Shown here: one piece after another, positions 38,501 through 50,500 of the stretch
Layout: each line of letters begins with the position of its first letter
How positions within the stretch are numbered: the first letter of the stretch is position 1
Assembly: GCA_038087875.1 (NCBI GenBank)
Contig: CM075990.1
Coordinates: forward strand, 6,016,001 to 6,080,000
Source: Malacoraja senta
Taxonomy: Eukaryota
Length of the DNA stretch: 64,000 nucleotides
Direction: 5' to 3'
The notes under the pieces: model-generated
Told to the model about the DNA's origin: nothing
What the model saw: the letters and a program-made list of their open reading frames with translations, nothing else
Databases searched by the model: none
Program-made: the position numbers and the translations under genes

Positions 38501-41500
38501 CGACGGATTTGCGATTTTTCTCCTTGTCGCATCTTCGCCCCCCTTGTGCCCTAACAACTGGTTTGGTGCGGCCTTTCCAGACCGGAGATCGGCCCAGAGC
38601 TTCAGCAGCAGGTGCGGCGCGGACTTACCATCACGGAGCCTGGGATCCTTTGCCGAGGATCGCCAGTGTTGGAGCTCCGACCGCGGCGGCCTGCTGGCTG
38701 CAGCGGTCTTCGGAGCATCTAGTCGTGTGCGCGGCACGGACTTACCATCGCGAAGCCTGGGATCCCTTACCGGGGATCGCCAGAAGAAGTGCTCCGACCA
38801 CTAGCTTTTACATCGTGAAGCCGTGGTCTCCGGTAAGAAGCGGCCCATTCGGGAACGTCAAGTGCGTTCTGATCCACTGTGATGGATTCCACGGATTCCA
38901 CTGCGATGGATGTTTATGTTAAACTCTTCGTGTGTTGTGTTCATTTTACTTGTATTGCTGCATGGTAACTCAAATATCACCGTACTTTAATTGGTGCATG
39001 TGGCAATAAATGTGAACTTGAACTTGAACTAGAGAGGAACTTGAGGCATGGGAGTTCTGGTATTGCCAGCTTTTTTTTCTACCTCCAACGCACCATCTTA
39101 CCACTGTATTATCCAGTGCAATAGCCCCACAGGATTCTACCCATCCCACACCCCAGCAAACCACGATTGGACTCCCAACCATAAGTCAAAGGTTATGGTG
39201 GCACATCCTCAAAAAGATGTGCAACTCTAATTTGGTCGCACCCTGGGCCTCAGCTGCAGTGATGATAGGGAATGAGGATAACATTTTAAAAAAAGATAGG
39301 TCTAACCAGTAAACACTGAATTTCATACTTCAAGTCTGTATTTGGGATGCTTTGATACATTGGAATTTACACCCCTGCTTTAGAATAAAACAATTGAACA
39401 AAGATCCAAGTTCTAATTCATTCTACAATCCTGCACATTTTGCTTCACCTAATGTTTCAGGATTTAGTCAACTTAACTGCAAATAATGCACCTTGCAAGC
39501 CTTTACAAAGTTTTGTGAAGAACTCGAATACATTTATCTGTATTTATTACAAATCCATGGGGCAAAAGTCCATTCTTTAAAACAGCACCTGTTCACTCAT
39601 TTCAGTACCAGCTTCACTTGAACTTTATTCCATTGCTTCAGGTGACATGGTGGTTGCAGTTATCATTTGCTAAAATATCTCAATTGCCTTCTCTACAGAA
39701 ACAAGCTGGTCCTTCACCCCAGCACAACATAACCCTCCAACTTCATGTATTAAGTCTTCAATAATCTATGAATTTATCACCTCAACCAACCACCAGGGGC
39801 GCTGGGGAGATGACCAGCCCTGCCGGCAGTCTGTTCGTTTTTTCAACTTTTTGTTATTTGTTAAGCGTCTGTTTAAAGTTTGTTTTTATGTTATTTGGTT
39901 TGTTTAATGTGGGGGGAGGGGGGGGGGGGGAAATCGGGGGAAACTTTTTTTCAAGTCCTTACCTTCCCGGAGATGTGATCATTTTTCAGATCACATTCTC
40001 CGGGCTCTGCAGCCTAACATCGCTGGAGCTGGGAGCCGCCTCGGACTGTCGTGAGCCCCAGCGCAGGGCTCGGACTTAACATCGGAGCGGATCCCTTGCC
40101 TGGTATCGCTCCCACCACGACCACCGTGGACTTACCATCAAGGGCTCGCAGTCTCGGGAGAGGCCGAGTCGAATGGGCCGCTTCTTACCGGAGACCACGG
40201 CTTCACGATGTAAAAGCTAGTGGTCGGAGCACTTCTTCTGGCGATCCCCGGTAAGGGATCCCAGGCTTCGCGATGGTAAATGTGTTTTTGAGTCTGTTGC
40301 TTTTAATTGTATGACTGACCTGGCCAGTGAAATTCCTCGTATGTTGCAAAACATACTTGGCGAATAAAATCTGATTCTGATTCTCTCCACACTGAGGATT
40401 ACAAGACAGTTTCAGTATGTGCATGTGGTTCTGGAAACAGTGGTTAATTATTATTTACCTTTCCAATTACAGTTTTGTAGCCAATGATAATATCCTGCCG
40501 TTGGGCATTACTTCTCTGCGTCAGTAGATCCAATATGATATCTTCATCCGTTCCTGCCAACAAACATAATGGTTTTAGAATACACTTGCAAATAATTTCT
40601 GCTGAACAGTCACTGGAGGCAAGAATCTCTTGCCCAACCTACGAATATGTAGTGCGAGCCATAAATATCATAAATTGCTGCTTATGACAAAGAATGCAGC
40701 CTTAATTGGAGGCTTTTGCAGGCTTTGGTAACAGGGGAAGAGGAGCTTTAACTAGCACCTAACCCACTTACACCTAGGCTTGATGTGGTCAACAGATGCT
40801 GGCTTGCTTCTTTTTCCAATACTGACACTTGGTAGACAGAGTTCAAGGTATGCAAATCAACAGGTTTCCTTGGAGTCACCCGACTCTAATAACAAGACTA
40901 TCCCTGAAGGAATTGTTAGAAGATGTAAAAGAGTTTCCTTTTTCGACGCTTGCATTCAATATTCATTGGGCAATTTACATCGATTCCACTTGGATGTCAT
41001 TTTTGGACACAATAGCTGCTTTATAAGGCATCAATTAAACAAGAAGGATATTGGCTTAGGTCTATCCCTGGACAGATTATCAGAGGGTCTGTTTGGTCTT
41101 AGTCATTTAAACAGGACAGATGGCTCATTGAGGCCTCTATTGTATAGTTTAATCATTTATAAAAAAACAGGTCTAGGTTTTTCTCAAAACAAAAATATTG
41201 AGATCTCCAGGAAGGCCTTATATATTTTGATCTACAATGTTGAACAAATTAGGTATTCAAGAGGGAAGCTTTAGTACCTAGAGAGTAGCAAGCTCAATAC
41301 ATTTCCATAAATATGGAAAATAGTAGGAGAAATGAATCGAACTTAACAACAGTGCATGATAAAGTGAGAGAGGATAAACATGGTATCTTTGGGACAAACA
41401 AAGACTCGTGACAGTTCACTGTGCACAAATAGAAAACAAACTATTGTTGCTTACCAAAGCCTTTCATGGCCTTGTGAAGGATCTCAGCATCTTTATTGGC

Positions 41501-44500
41501 ATCAAAACCTGGAAAATCATGGATGGTGCCTCTGGTCCTTCCCTAAGAACAGACCATCCATTAACATGTTTCTCCTTAAAGAATAAATTATGATTACAAG
41601 AAGACACCACTACATACAGATTAAAGCAAAATTTCCAATCCCATCTCAGCGTTTGGTTCACTGAGTAACTGAAGTGTAAAGGGCTTGTCCCACTTTCACG
41701 ACCTAATTCACGACCTTTTTTACTCGTGGACATTTTTCATCAGGCTAGAAAAACGCCCCGACCTACTTGGTGCCACGAGTATCTACGACTAGCATCATGG
41801 CCTGCTACGACCTACCTACGACCTCCTACGACCTCGTGACGACCATGCTGCGAGTAGGAGTCAAGGGCAAACTCGGCAGAGGTCGTGAATTAGGTTGTGA
41901 AAGTGGGACAGGCACTTAACATTGCACAAGTTACCAGAATTAAACCTTAAGAGTTATGGCGTTTTCTGCTTTGCAAAGAGTGATGCAAGTGCAACATTGA
42001 TGGTTATAAAATCAGCTTCTCCATCAGTAACCCACACGCAGATATTGAGAAAGGCAGAATACAAGGAAGGCTCTTGTCTAAACAGCCAAACAAATTAAAA
42101 AACAAACAGCCTATTACACACAGTGAACATACATAACCAGCTGACATTTGGGCAAGGCTACAGAGGAAGAGGATTTTCTTTTGTCAATTTTACCTCGGCT
42201 CAGAACAAAGCTTTAGGATGATAAGCTAATGCAAAAGGCATAAAAACAAAACACAATGGAAATACTATCAGGCTGCATCCGAGGAAAGAAAAACAGGGTC
42301 AGTGTCCAAAAGATAGTTTCCAGAACTCATTTTGATTTTCATCAAACTCAAAGGCAAACACAGCAAAACTTGTTTTTGAGTGAGTCAGATGAATAATTCT
42401 GCATATCCTGAGCACGATGCATATTCAAAACCACTCTACACCCAGAACACACCCTTTGGTATGGTAATAAAGCAAATAGGTCTAAATTAATTTCAACGTG
42501 GCATTAATAATCTGCCACAGTAATTCCCTTTGACTGTCCGCCCAGCAGCTCACATTCACCACGGACATAAACCTTGTACTACCACCTATAGCCCTGAGAC
42601 ACAGCAGTCCGAGGACTACTTCATCATAGGTAGGAATGTCAACCAGGCCAACCTCAAGTGTGTGCTGCCAAAATACTATCAATCTGCCTCCTGTCTCAGA
42701 GGGCCAAACAGGCTCCATCTCTGCCAGACAACCAAAGAGTCCTACCAACCCCAACTTGCATTTTGCAAAACTAGACTAACAGGCCTGCACCTAACCTTAA
42801 CCCTCTGCACTCTCTCCCCATTTATAAGCAAAAACGTAAGTGCAGAGGTCATACAGGACTGCTTTAATTCAAGGACTAACTAGAGCATATCACTGCCGTC
42901 ATAGACTTTCAGTATGTGGATAGAAGACTGCCTGTCAAAGTCAAGCTGTGTTCCCCTACTGGAAACCATAGAAAACCACAAGATCTACTCCTAGTGAAGT
43001 CCAAATCTGGGACATTCAAATCAAGTGACCCTGATCCATATACAAAATCTAGTTAACACCTTGGCAAAGTGATCAGGGACTCCGAGAGACAGTCCCTGAC
43101 CATAGAGTCCCATATTAAACCACTCAGACACCGAAGTATGACAAAGCTTTCATGCTACGACAGGGTACAAAGGGAGGTCAGGCAGAATCAGTGGCACAGC
43201 AGTAGAGTTGCTGCCTTACAGCGCCAGAGACCCGGGTTCGATCCTGACTATGGGTGCTTGTCTGTACAGAGTTTATACGTTCTCCACATGACCTTTCCTT
43301 GGTTTTTTCAAGCATCTCCGGTTTCCTCCCACACTACAAAGACATACAGGTTTGTAGGTTAATTGGCTTGTTATAATTGTAAATTGTCACTGGTGTATGT
43401 AGGATAGCGTTAGCACGTGGGGATCGCTGGTCGGTGCAGACTCGGTGGGCCGAAGGGCCTGTTGCATCTCCAAACTAAAACTATGCATTTTGTGCTCATT
43501 TTGAACAGAAGATCAATGGAATGATAACACACCCTCAGGTGCACCTGTGCCCAAGGTCACTGTCCCAGAGTGAAACCACAGAGAGGACTGGCCCGGATGG
43601 AGTCCCTGGCCATGTCTCAGATCCTGCACAGACCAGCGCTCAGGTGTATTTGCAAATATCTTTAGCCCCTCTTTTCCAATCATCCCAGCGCCAAAGTGAA
43701 ACAAGGGGTCTCAACCAAACGTCGCCTATCCATGTTCTCCAGAGATGCGTCAAACCTGCAGCACTTTGTGCCCTATTGAGCTCGTCTTAGATTTCATTAA
43801 GAGTGTTGCCGAGGTGGAGATGGTAAAGAACTTTAAGTTCCTAGGTATAAATAGCACCCCAAATTTGTCCCAGTCCAACCACATCTACGCAAGTAAGCGC
43901 ACCAAAGCCTCTGCTGTCTCGGAAGGCCAAGGATATTCAGCGTGTTGCACTGACTACTGTCCATTTATACAGATGCACTTCAGCTTGGTTGGGCAACTGC
44001 TCTGCCCAAGACCACATCCAGTCCATCTTCATGGTGTGTTGCATCAGGAAGACTTGAAGTCTAGTCAAGAATGTCTGCCATCCTGGCTATTCCTTTTCTT
44101 TATCTTCTGGGAGAAGATATGGGGAGTTTGACATCCCAGGCATAGAAACATAGAAAATAGGTGCAGGAGGAGGCTATTCGGCCCTTCGAGCCAGCACCGC
44201 CATTCATTGTGATCATGGCTGATCGTCCCCTATCAATAACCCGTGCCTGCCTTCTCCCCATACCCTTGACTCCACTAGCCCCTAGAGCTCTATCTAACTC
44301 TCTCCTAATTCCATCCAGCGACTTGGCCTCCACTGCCCTCTGTGGCAGGGAATTCCATAAATTCACAACTCTCTGGGTGAAATAGTTTTTTCTCACCTCA
44401 GTCTTAAATGACTTCCCCTTTATTCTAAGACATCTAGACACAAGAACAGCTTCTCCACCATTGCACCACTGTCAGCGTCCTGAACCAAATCACAGCTTTC

Positions 44501-47500
44501 AAACCCACTTTCAGGTGGTCCTGCCATCTACTGGTACCTGTACCTTAATCTTGCACCATTCTACTGTTTTGCACTCATCGTTTATTGTTTATTATTGAAT
44601 GTATTATTAATGCATCGTTATTATTGTATGTATCCCGTTTACTCTGTGAGCTTTATGCAAATTATAAATTTAATTGCAAACTAACCCAAATTTTGGCAGA
44701 TTAATTTCCTTCCTGGAATAAATAAAGTTCTATCGTATCGTATTTGAATCAAACATGCCGTTTATTTCTGTTTAAGAAGGAACTGCAGATGCTGGAAAAT
44801 TGAAGGTAGACAAAAGTGCTGGAGAAACTCAGTGGGTGAGGCAGCATCTATGGAGCGAAGGAAATAGGCAATGTTTCGGGCTGAAACCGTTCTTCAGACT
44901 GATGTGGGGGGGGGGGGGGCAGGAAGAAGAAAGGAGGAGGAGGAGCCAGAGGGCTGAGGGAGAGCTGAGAAGGGGGTACCTGAAATTGGAGAAGTCAATG
45001 TTCATGCCGCTGGGGTATAAACTGCTTATTTCTGCTTTGCAAAGTGCTAAGTTAATGTAGAGTACTTGCAGTGTTAAACACAAGCTGATCGATTCAAAAA
45101 TGGCCCGAGTGCTTTATCTCACTTGTGGAAAATACAGGTGTCAGAGGTTATGGGGAGAAGGCAGGAGAATGGGGTCAGGAGGAAGGGATAGATCAGCCAT
45201 GGCGGAGTAGACTTGATGGGACGAATGGCCTAATTCTGCTCCAATTACATGATTTATGATCAACATTAATTTGTTGCTGCGGGTGTAGTTTTCTATTGGG
45301 ACTGTTCCTGCGACGCGTCCCAGTAGACAACTTCTGCGGTAGCACCCAGACCTGCGAAGGTTCAGTCTCTTGAAGGGTCAGGGTTAAATTGTCCGAGTCC
45401 CATTCTGGGTGTGGAGAGCTCTCTGGGCAGAGGGCAACACGGGGATATCGGTGGAGTTGGGCACCAGCCGCTCGCGGCCGTAGAGTAGGCATCCCTTCAC
45501 GGGGGCCACTCGGACCTACTCTCCCTGCCCCGGTGTTGGCCGGGGCCACGTTGCAGGAGCAGGAGGAGCCGCGCGGTGTGGAGGCGGCGACGTGAGCGCA
45601 GTCAACGGGGCGCGCCCAGCCATTTGAGAGAGACACACACGGACTGCAGATGTGTCGAGCACCAAGTGCTGGGGTGACTCAGCGGGCCAGGCAGCATCTC
45701 TGGAGGACACGGATAGGTGACATTTCCGATCGGGCGTCCAAAAAAAAACATGGATCACGACCCGAAACGTCGCTCGTCTATGGTCTTGCCTGAACCGCTG
45801 AGTTACTCCAGCACTTTGCGCAAAATGCTGGAGTAAATCAGCGGGACAGGCAGCACGACACCAAAATGCCGAGTTCCTCCAACATTGTGTGTCTATATTC
45901 GGTTGAAACCAGTATCTGTGGTTCCTTCCTACACTTTGTGTTCGATGTTCATTACAGATGTTAATTTCAGCCAGGGTGGGGGAGCTGGGAGGAGAGATGG
46001 TGGTGATATAAACAGACAAGGCAGCTTGCACCAAAGCCACAGAGAGGCGGCCATCAGGAACGGCCAGTCAGGATCGAACAGTGCAGCAAGTCCCTCCTCA
46101 AGCTCGCAGTGGGATCAGATATCAATGCCATATAATTCATTCTTATCCTCGACTTCCGCCACACCCTTGCGGAAGGCGGGCAGGCAGCCAGCCCATTGCT
46201 TTGTGTATGTGATTCACTACAACGTTCGTAATGCAGCAGTTCCTGTCCGAATCACAAGACTACAGCTGCCCGAGGACATTTCATCGCCAGAGGTTCACAT
46301 GTGCATGACTTACAAATTCCATAAGACGAGCCACTATGAAGACGCAGTTCCTCAGAGTTCATGAAAGGGAAGAGGTCCCTTTGACGAAATATTTTTTCCT
46401 GTTTATATTATTCATAACTTAATGGAAGACGTAAAGTATATATGATATATAATTTGTATATTTGAAAAATAAAAAGAAATGTATTACCCCCCAAAAATAG
46501 CTGAAAGATCCCCACCCATTTACTGAAGTCAAACAGGGCACTGATTAAACGTAAACAAAAATGCTGGAGAAACTCAGCGGGTGAGACAGCATCTACGGAG
46601 CGAAGGAAATAGGCAACGTTTCGGGCTGTGAAGAAGGGTTTCGGCCCGAAACGTTGCCTATTTCCTTTGCTCCATAGATGCTGCCTCACCCGCTGAGTTT
46701 CTCCAGCATTTTTGTCTACCTTCGATTTTACAGCATCTGCAGTTCCTTCTTAAACACCGATTAAAAGTTGTACTTTTACCACTTCAATCTATTTACGCAC
46801 CAAACACGCCAGTTTCGCTGAACACTTGCACTCGGTCCGGCTAGGCCTACTGGATGTCCTGGTCGCAAACGAATCCCACACTGACCTTTCTGTCCTGGGC
46901 CTCCACCATTATCAGAGTGATGCCACATGCAAACTGGAGGTACAGCACCTCATATTCTGCTTGGGTAGCTTACAACCCACCTACACCACCTCCCTGGACC
47001 CCACCTGGACTCCTACTTATTTCTCCCATCCACCCCACCCATCCACTGCTACTTTAAATCTGTCTCACACCTACTGTTCTTATCACTGGCCTTTGTTCCA
47101 ACCTCGCCTGTGTCCACCCATTACCTGCCATGCGTTGTGCTGCCTACCCCCTTTTCCAGCTTTCTTCTCCCCTTCCATCCCCCCCCACAATCAATCTGAA
47201 GAAGGGTTCGACAGAGATGATGCCTGACCCGCTGAGTGACCTCAGCATTTGATGTCCGTTTATGTATTAACTGGCACCTGCAGTTCTTTGTTTCTGCTAT
47301 TTAAAATCTCGTCTGTGCATTTCATGGGACTTTCCTATGCAAGTCAAGTTGTGCTTTGAAGTGAGAACATTTTATGCTCTGAAGTGAGAATTTGTGTTCC
47401 TTGGTGATTGGAGACTGCAGCCCTAATGGGGCTCAGGGTGGCCGTTGGCTGGGGCAAAGCACCTGGAAAACGAGCTTTTGGCTTGGTTGCTAGTCATAAG

Positions 47501-50500
47501 TAACCTATTCCCAGGTATGAGTAGTTCATGAGCTGCACAAAGCCAGTTGAGAATTTGCAAAAGGCACTTGAAAAATAAAGGCAACCTTTTTGTTTTACCT
47601 TAAGGTTACTGGACCAACAAGTATTCCAATGTTGTAATGACCAGGATATTATTTTGGCTGTTCTCTGGCCATCACCTCCATTCCTGATCATAAGAGATTG
47701 AAACTGTTCAAACGTGATATCTTCTCAACCAAGATGAATTTGGACTCTATGATCTTCATCAGCACAGCAGGTCATTAATTAAAGAGCACAAAAAAAAACT
47801 GTTGGAAGAACTCAGTGGGTCAAGCAGCATGTGAAGGTGAAGGGATGATCAGCATTTCGGTGGAGCTCCTCCATCAGGATCAAGCATTGAGTGAGGATAA
47901 CCAGTCTATAGAAGCAAGAAATAGGGACGAGGCAAAGGATGGTAGGCAATCGGTGGAACCAGAGGTGGCGGGGGAAGATAAGGGATCCCAGGAAGATGAA
48001 GCCACAGTTCGAACAGCAATTTCTTTGCTCCTGGTTACAGTACCCAGAGTGTTGCTATACTATGGTCCTACATTAGTTCACTCAAGGTTTTGTTCAATTA
48101 CAACATGTCTTCAATAAACCTGATCATCCAATACCCAAAGTCACACCACCTTATTCATTCACTCAGCCTTGCACTTAAGAGCACATTTACTCTTGGAAAT
48201 CAAGTGAGGGGGGGAGTGTCACAATTTCACAGGACGAGAAATAATGGGACCCAATCCTCACTCCACACTTAATTAAGCATTGGTTGCACGGTTCAAGACA
48301 AATGTCATGCATCCAAACTCTAGTCTCTTCTCACTAAACAAGGAAACTACTGGGTCTTCCTGGGAGCCATCTAAACTCTGGAGACAGATCCACAGCTTTT
48401 TAGTTTAGTTTTATAGATACAGGATGGAAACAAGCTGTTTGGCCCACCGAGTCTGCGCTGATCGATGATCCCCGATATACTAGGGACAATACATCTTGGG
48501 GAACGGTTGCTAACCAGCAGCCGTCCGTTAAATTCACTTTTTTTCTTAGTTTTTAGTTCTCTTGGTCTATGTCTGTTGGGGAACTTTGACATGTGGGGGG
48601 GTAAGGGGGAAACTATTTTCTAGGTCCCTACCTGGTCGGTGAGGCAACGTTTTCTCCGGGCTGCCCCGTTGACCCGTCCTCGTGGCCTACCAGCGGGCCT
48701 GGAGCGGCGTTTCCTGGCAGGGACCGCCCAGCACCTTCAGCTTCGGTGGCGGCACAGCGCTGGAGCGCTATTGCGGAGAGGAGCGGCGATGCCTTGCCTG
48801 GGTCGCGCGCTGGATCGACGCGCTGGAGCTCCGGTGAGCTGTGACCGCCGAGCTCAACACCTCCAGGCTGCGGGTCTGTGGAGTGGCCAGCCGCGCTGAC
48901 TCTAACATTGGGAGCCTCGGAGCTCCAAATCGGCGCGGCCTTTTCGGCTTCAGGTGCCACGGACTCCGGTAGGAAATCGGCCGTTGCAGCCGTCCCAGCC
49001 ACTGCGAGGACTCTCCCGACGCCGGGGCAACTGCACCCGGCGAGAATGGCCAGGAACATCGGGCCTCCGTAGAGGCAACTGTGGAGGCCTCAATAGGCCT
49101 GACTTTGGGGAGAACTGGGATTGGGGACTGGACATTGTGCCTTCCCCCACAGTGGTAACCATTGTGGGGGGATGATTTTGTGTGTAGTGTGTAGTGTCTA
49201 TGTTAGTCTATGTCCAAGATGGCGGTCGGAAGGGAGAGTGTACGCTGGCGCGGTTTGGCTGCCGCTGCTCTCTCTTCACATTGTGTTTCTGAATTTTTTT
49301 GTTGTCTTTTTTGGATCGATAATTTCTGTCTTTAATTTGTGTATTGGTGATGTCTTTATAACTTATTTTACTCTGATTATATGTTTCTTTGTTAAATTTT
49401 GTAAGGTGTCCTTGAGACTTTTGTATAGGCGCCCATAAATAAAATCTATTATTATTATTATTATTAATATACAATTTTAACATGTCTCTAACTTGACAAA
49501 TGTTAGGATCTGATCTTGGTATGTCATCATTCACAAGTCTACCCTTTCTGCTCCCATGCTCTTGTAGTTTGAGATTTGTTTTATACATTCAATTTACTTT
49601 TGAAAGTTACTCATCTGCCTACAGTTCTGGTGTGCACAGTCTGGATCATAGAAACATATAAAATAGGTGCAGGAGTAGGCCATTCAGCCCTTCGAGCCTG
49701 CACCGCCATTCAATATGATCATGGCTGATCATCCAACTCAGTATCCTGTACCTGCCTTCTCTCCATACCGCCTGATCCCTTTAGCCACAAGGGCTACATC
49801 TAACTCCCTCTTAAATATAGCCAATGAACTGGCCTCAACTACCTTCTGTGGCAGAAAATTCCACAGATTCACCACTCTCTGTGTAAAAAATGATTTTCTC
49901 ATCTAAAAGACTTCCCCCTTATCCTTAAACTGTGACCCCTTGTTCTGGACTTCCCCAACATCTGGAATAATCTTCCTGTGTCTAGCCTGTCCAACCCCTT
50001 AAGAATTTTGTAAGTTTCTATAAGATCCCCCCTCAATCTTCTAAATTCTAGCGAGTACAAGTCGAGTCTATCCAGTCTTTCTTCATATGAAAGTCCTGCC
50101 ATCCCAGGAATCAGTCTGGTGAACCTTCTCTGCACTCCCTCTATGGCAAGAATGTCTTTCCTCAGATTAGGAGACCAAAACTGTACGCAATACTCCAGGT
50201 GTGGTCTCACCAAGACCCTGTACAACTGCAGTAGAACCTCCCTGCTCTTATACTCAAATCCTTTTGCTATGAATCTTATACAAATTCTTTTGCTATGAAA
50301 CTATGATCAGATCGTTGCTGTTTTCAATGAGCCCATATTACTCTTATAAGTACATTAAAATAAGCTTATTTGTAGATTATTGTAAGAATTGTCTGATCAC
50401 CATTTTGCTACAGCAGAAACCATTTCTCCATATTTACTCAATCACATATCTCTTCCCAAGCAAGGAATATCAGGGGTTGTACAGTTAAATGGCAGATTCC

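Noticed and set aside
38424..49175. GC-rich ORFs of 100-150 aa at 38.4-38.9, 39.8-40.3 and 48.6-49.2 kb
   Set aside because: They lie inside repeated GC-rich elements and show no domain signature.
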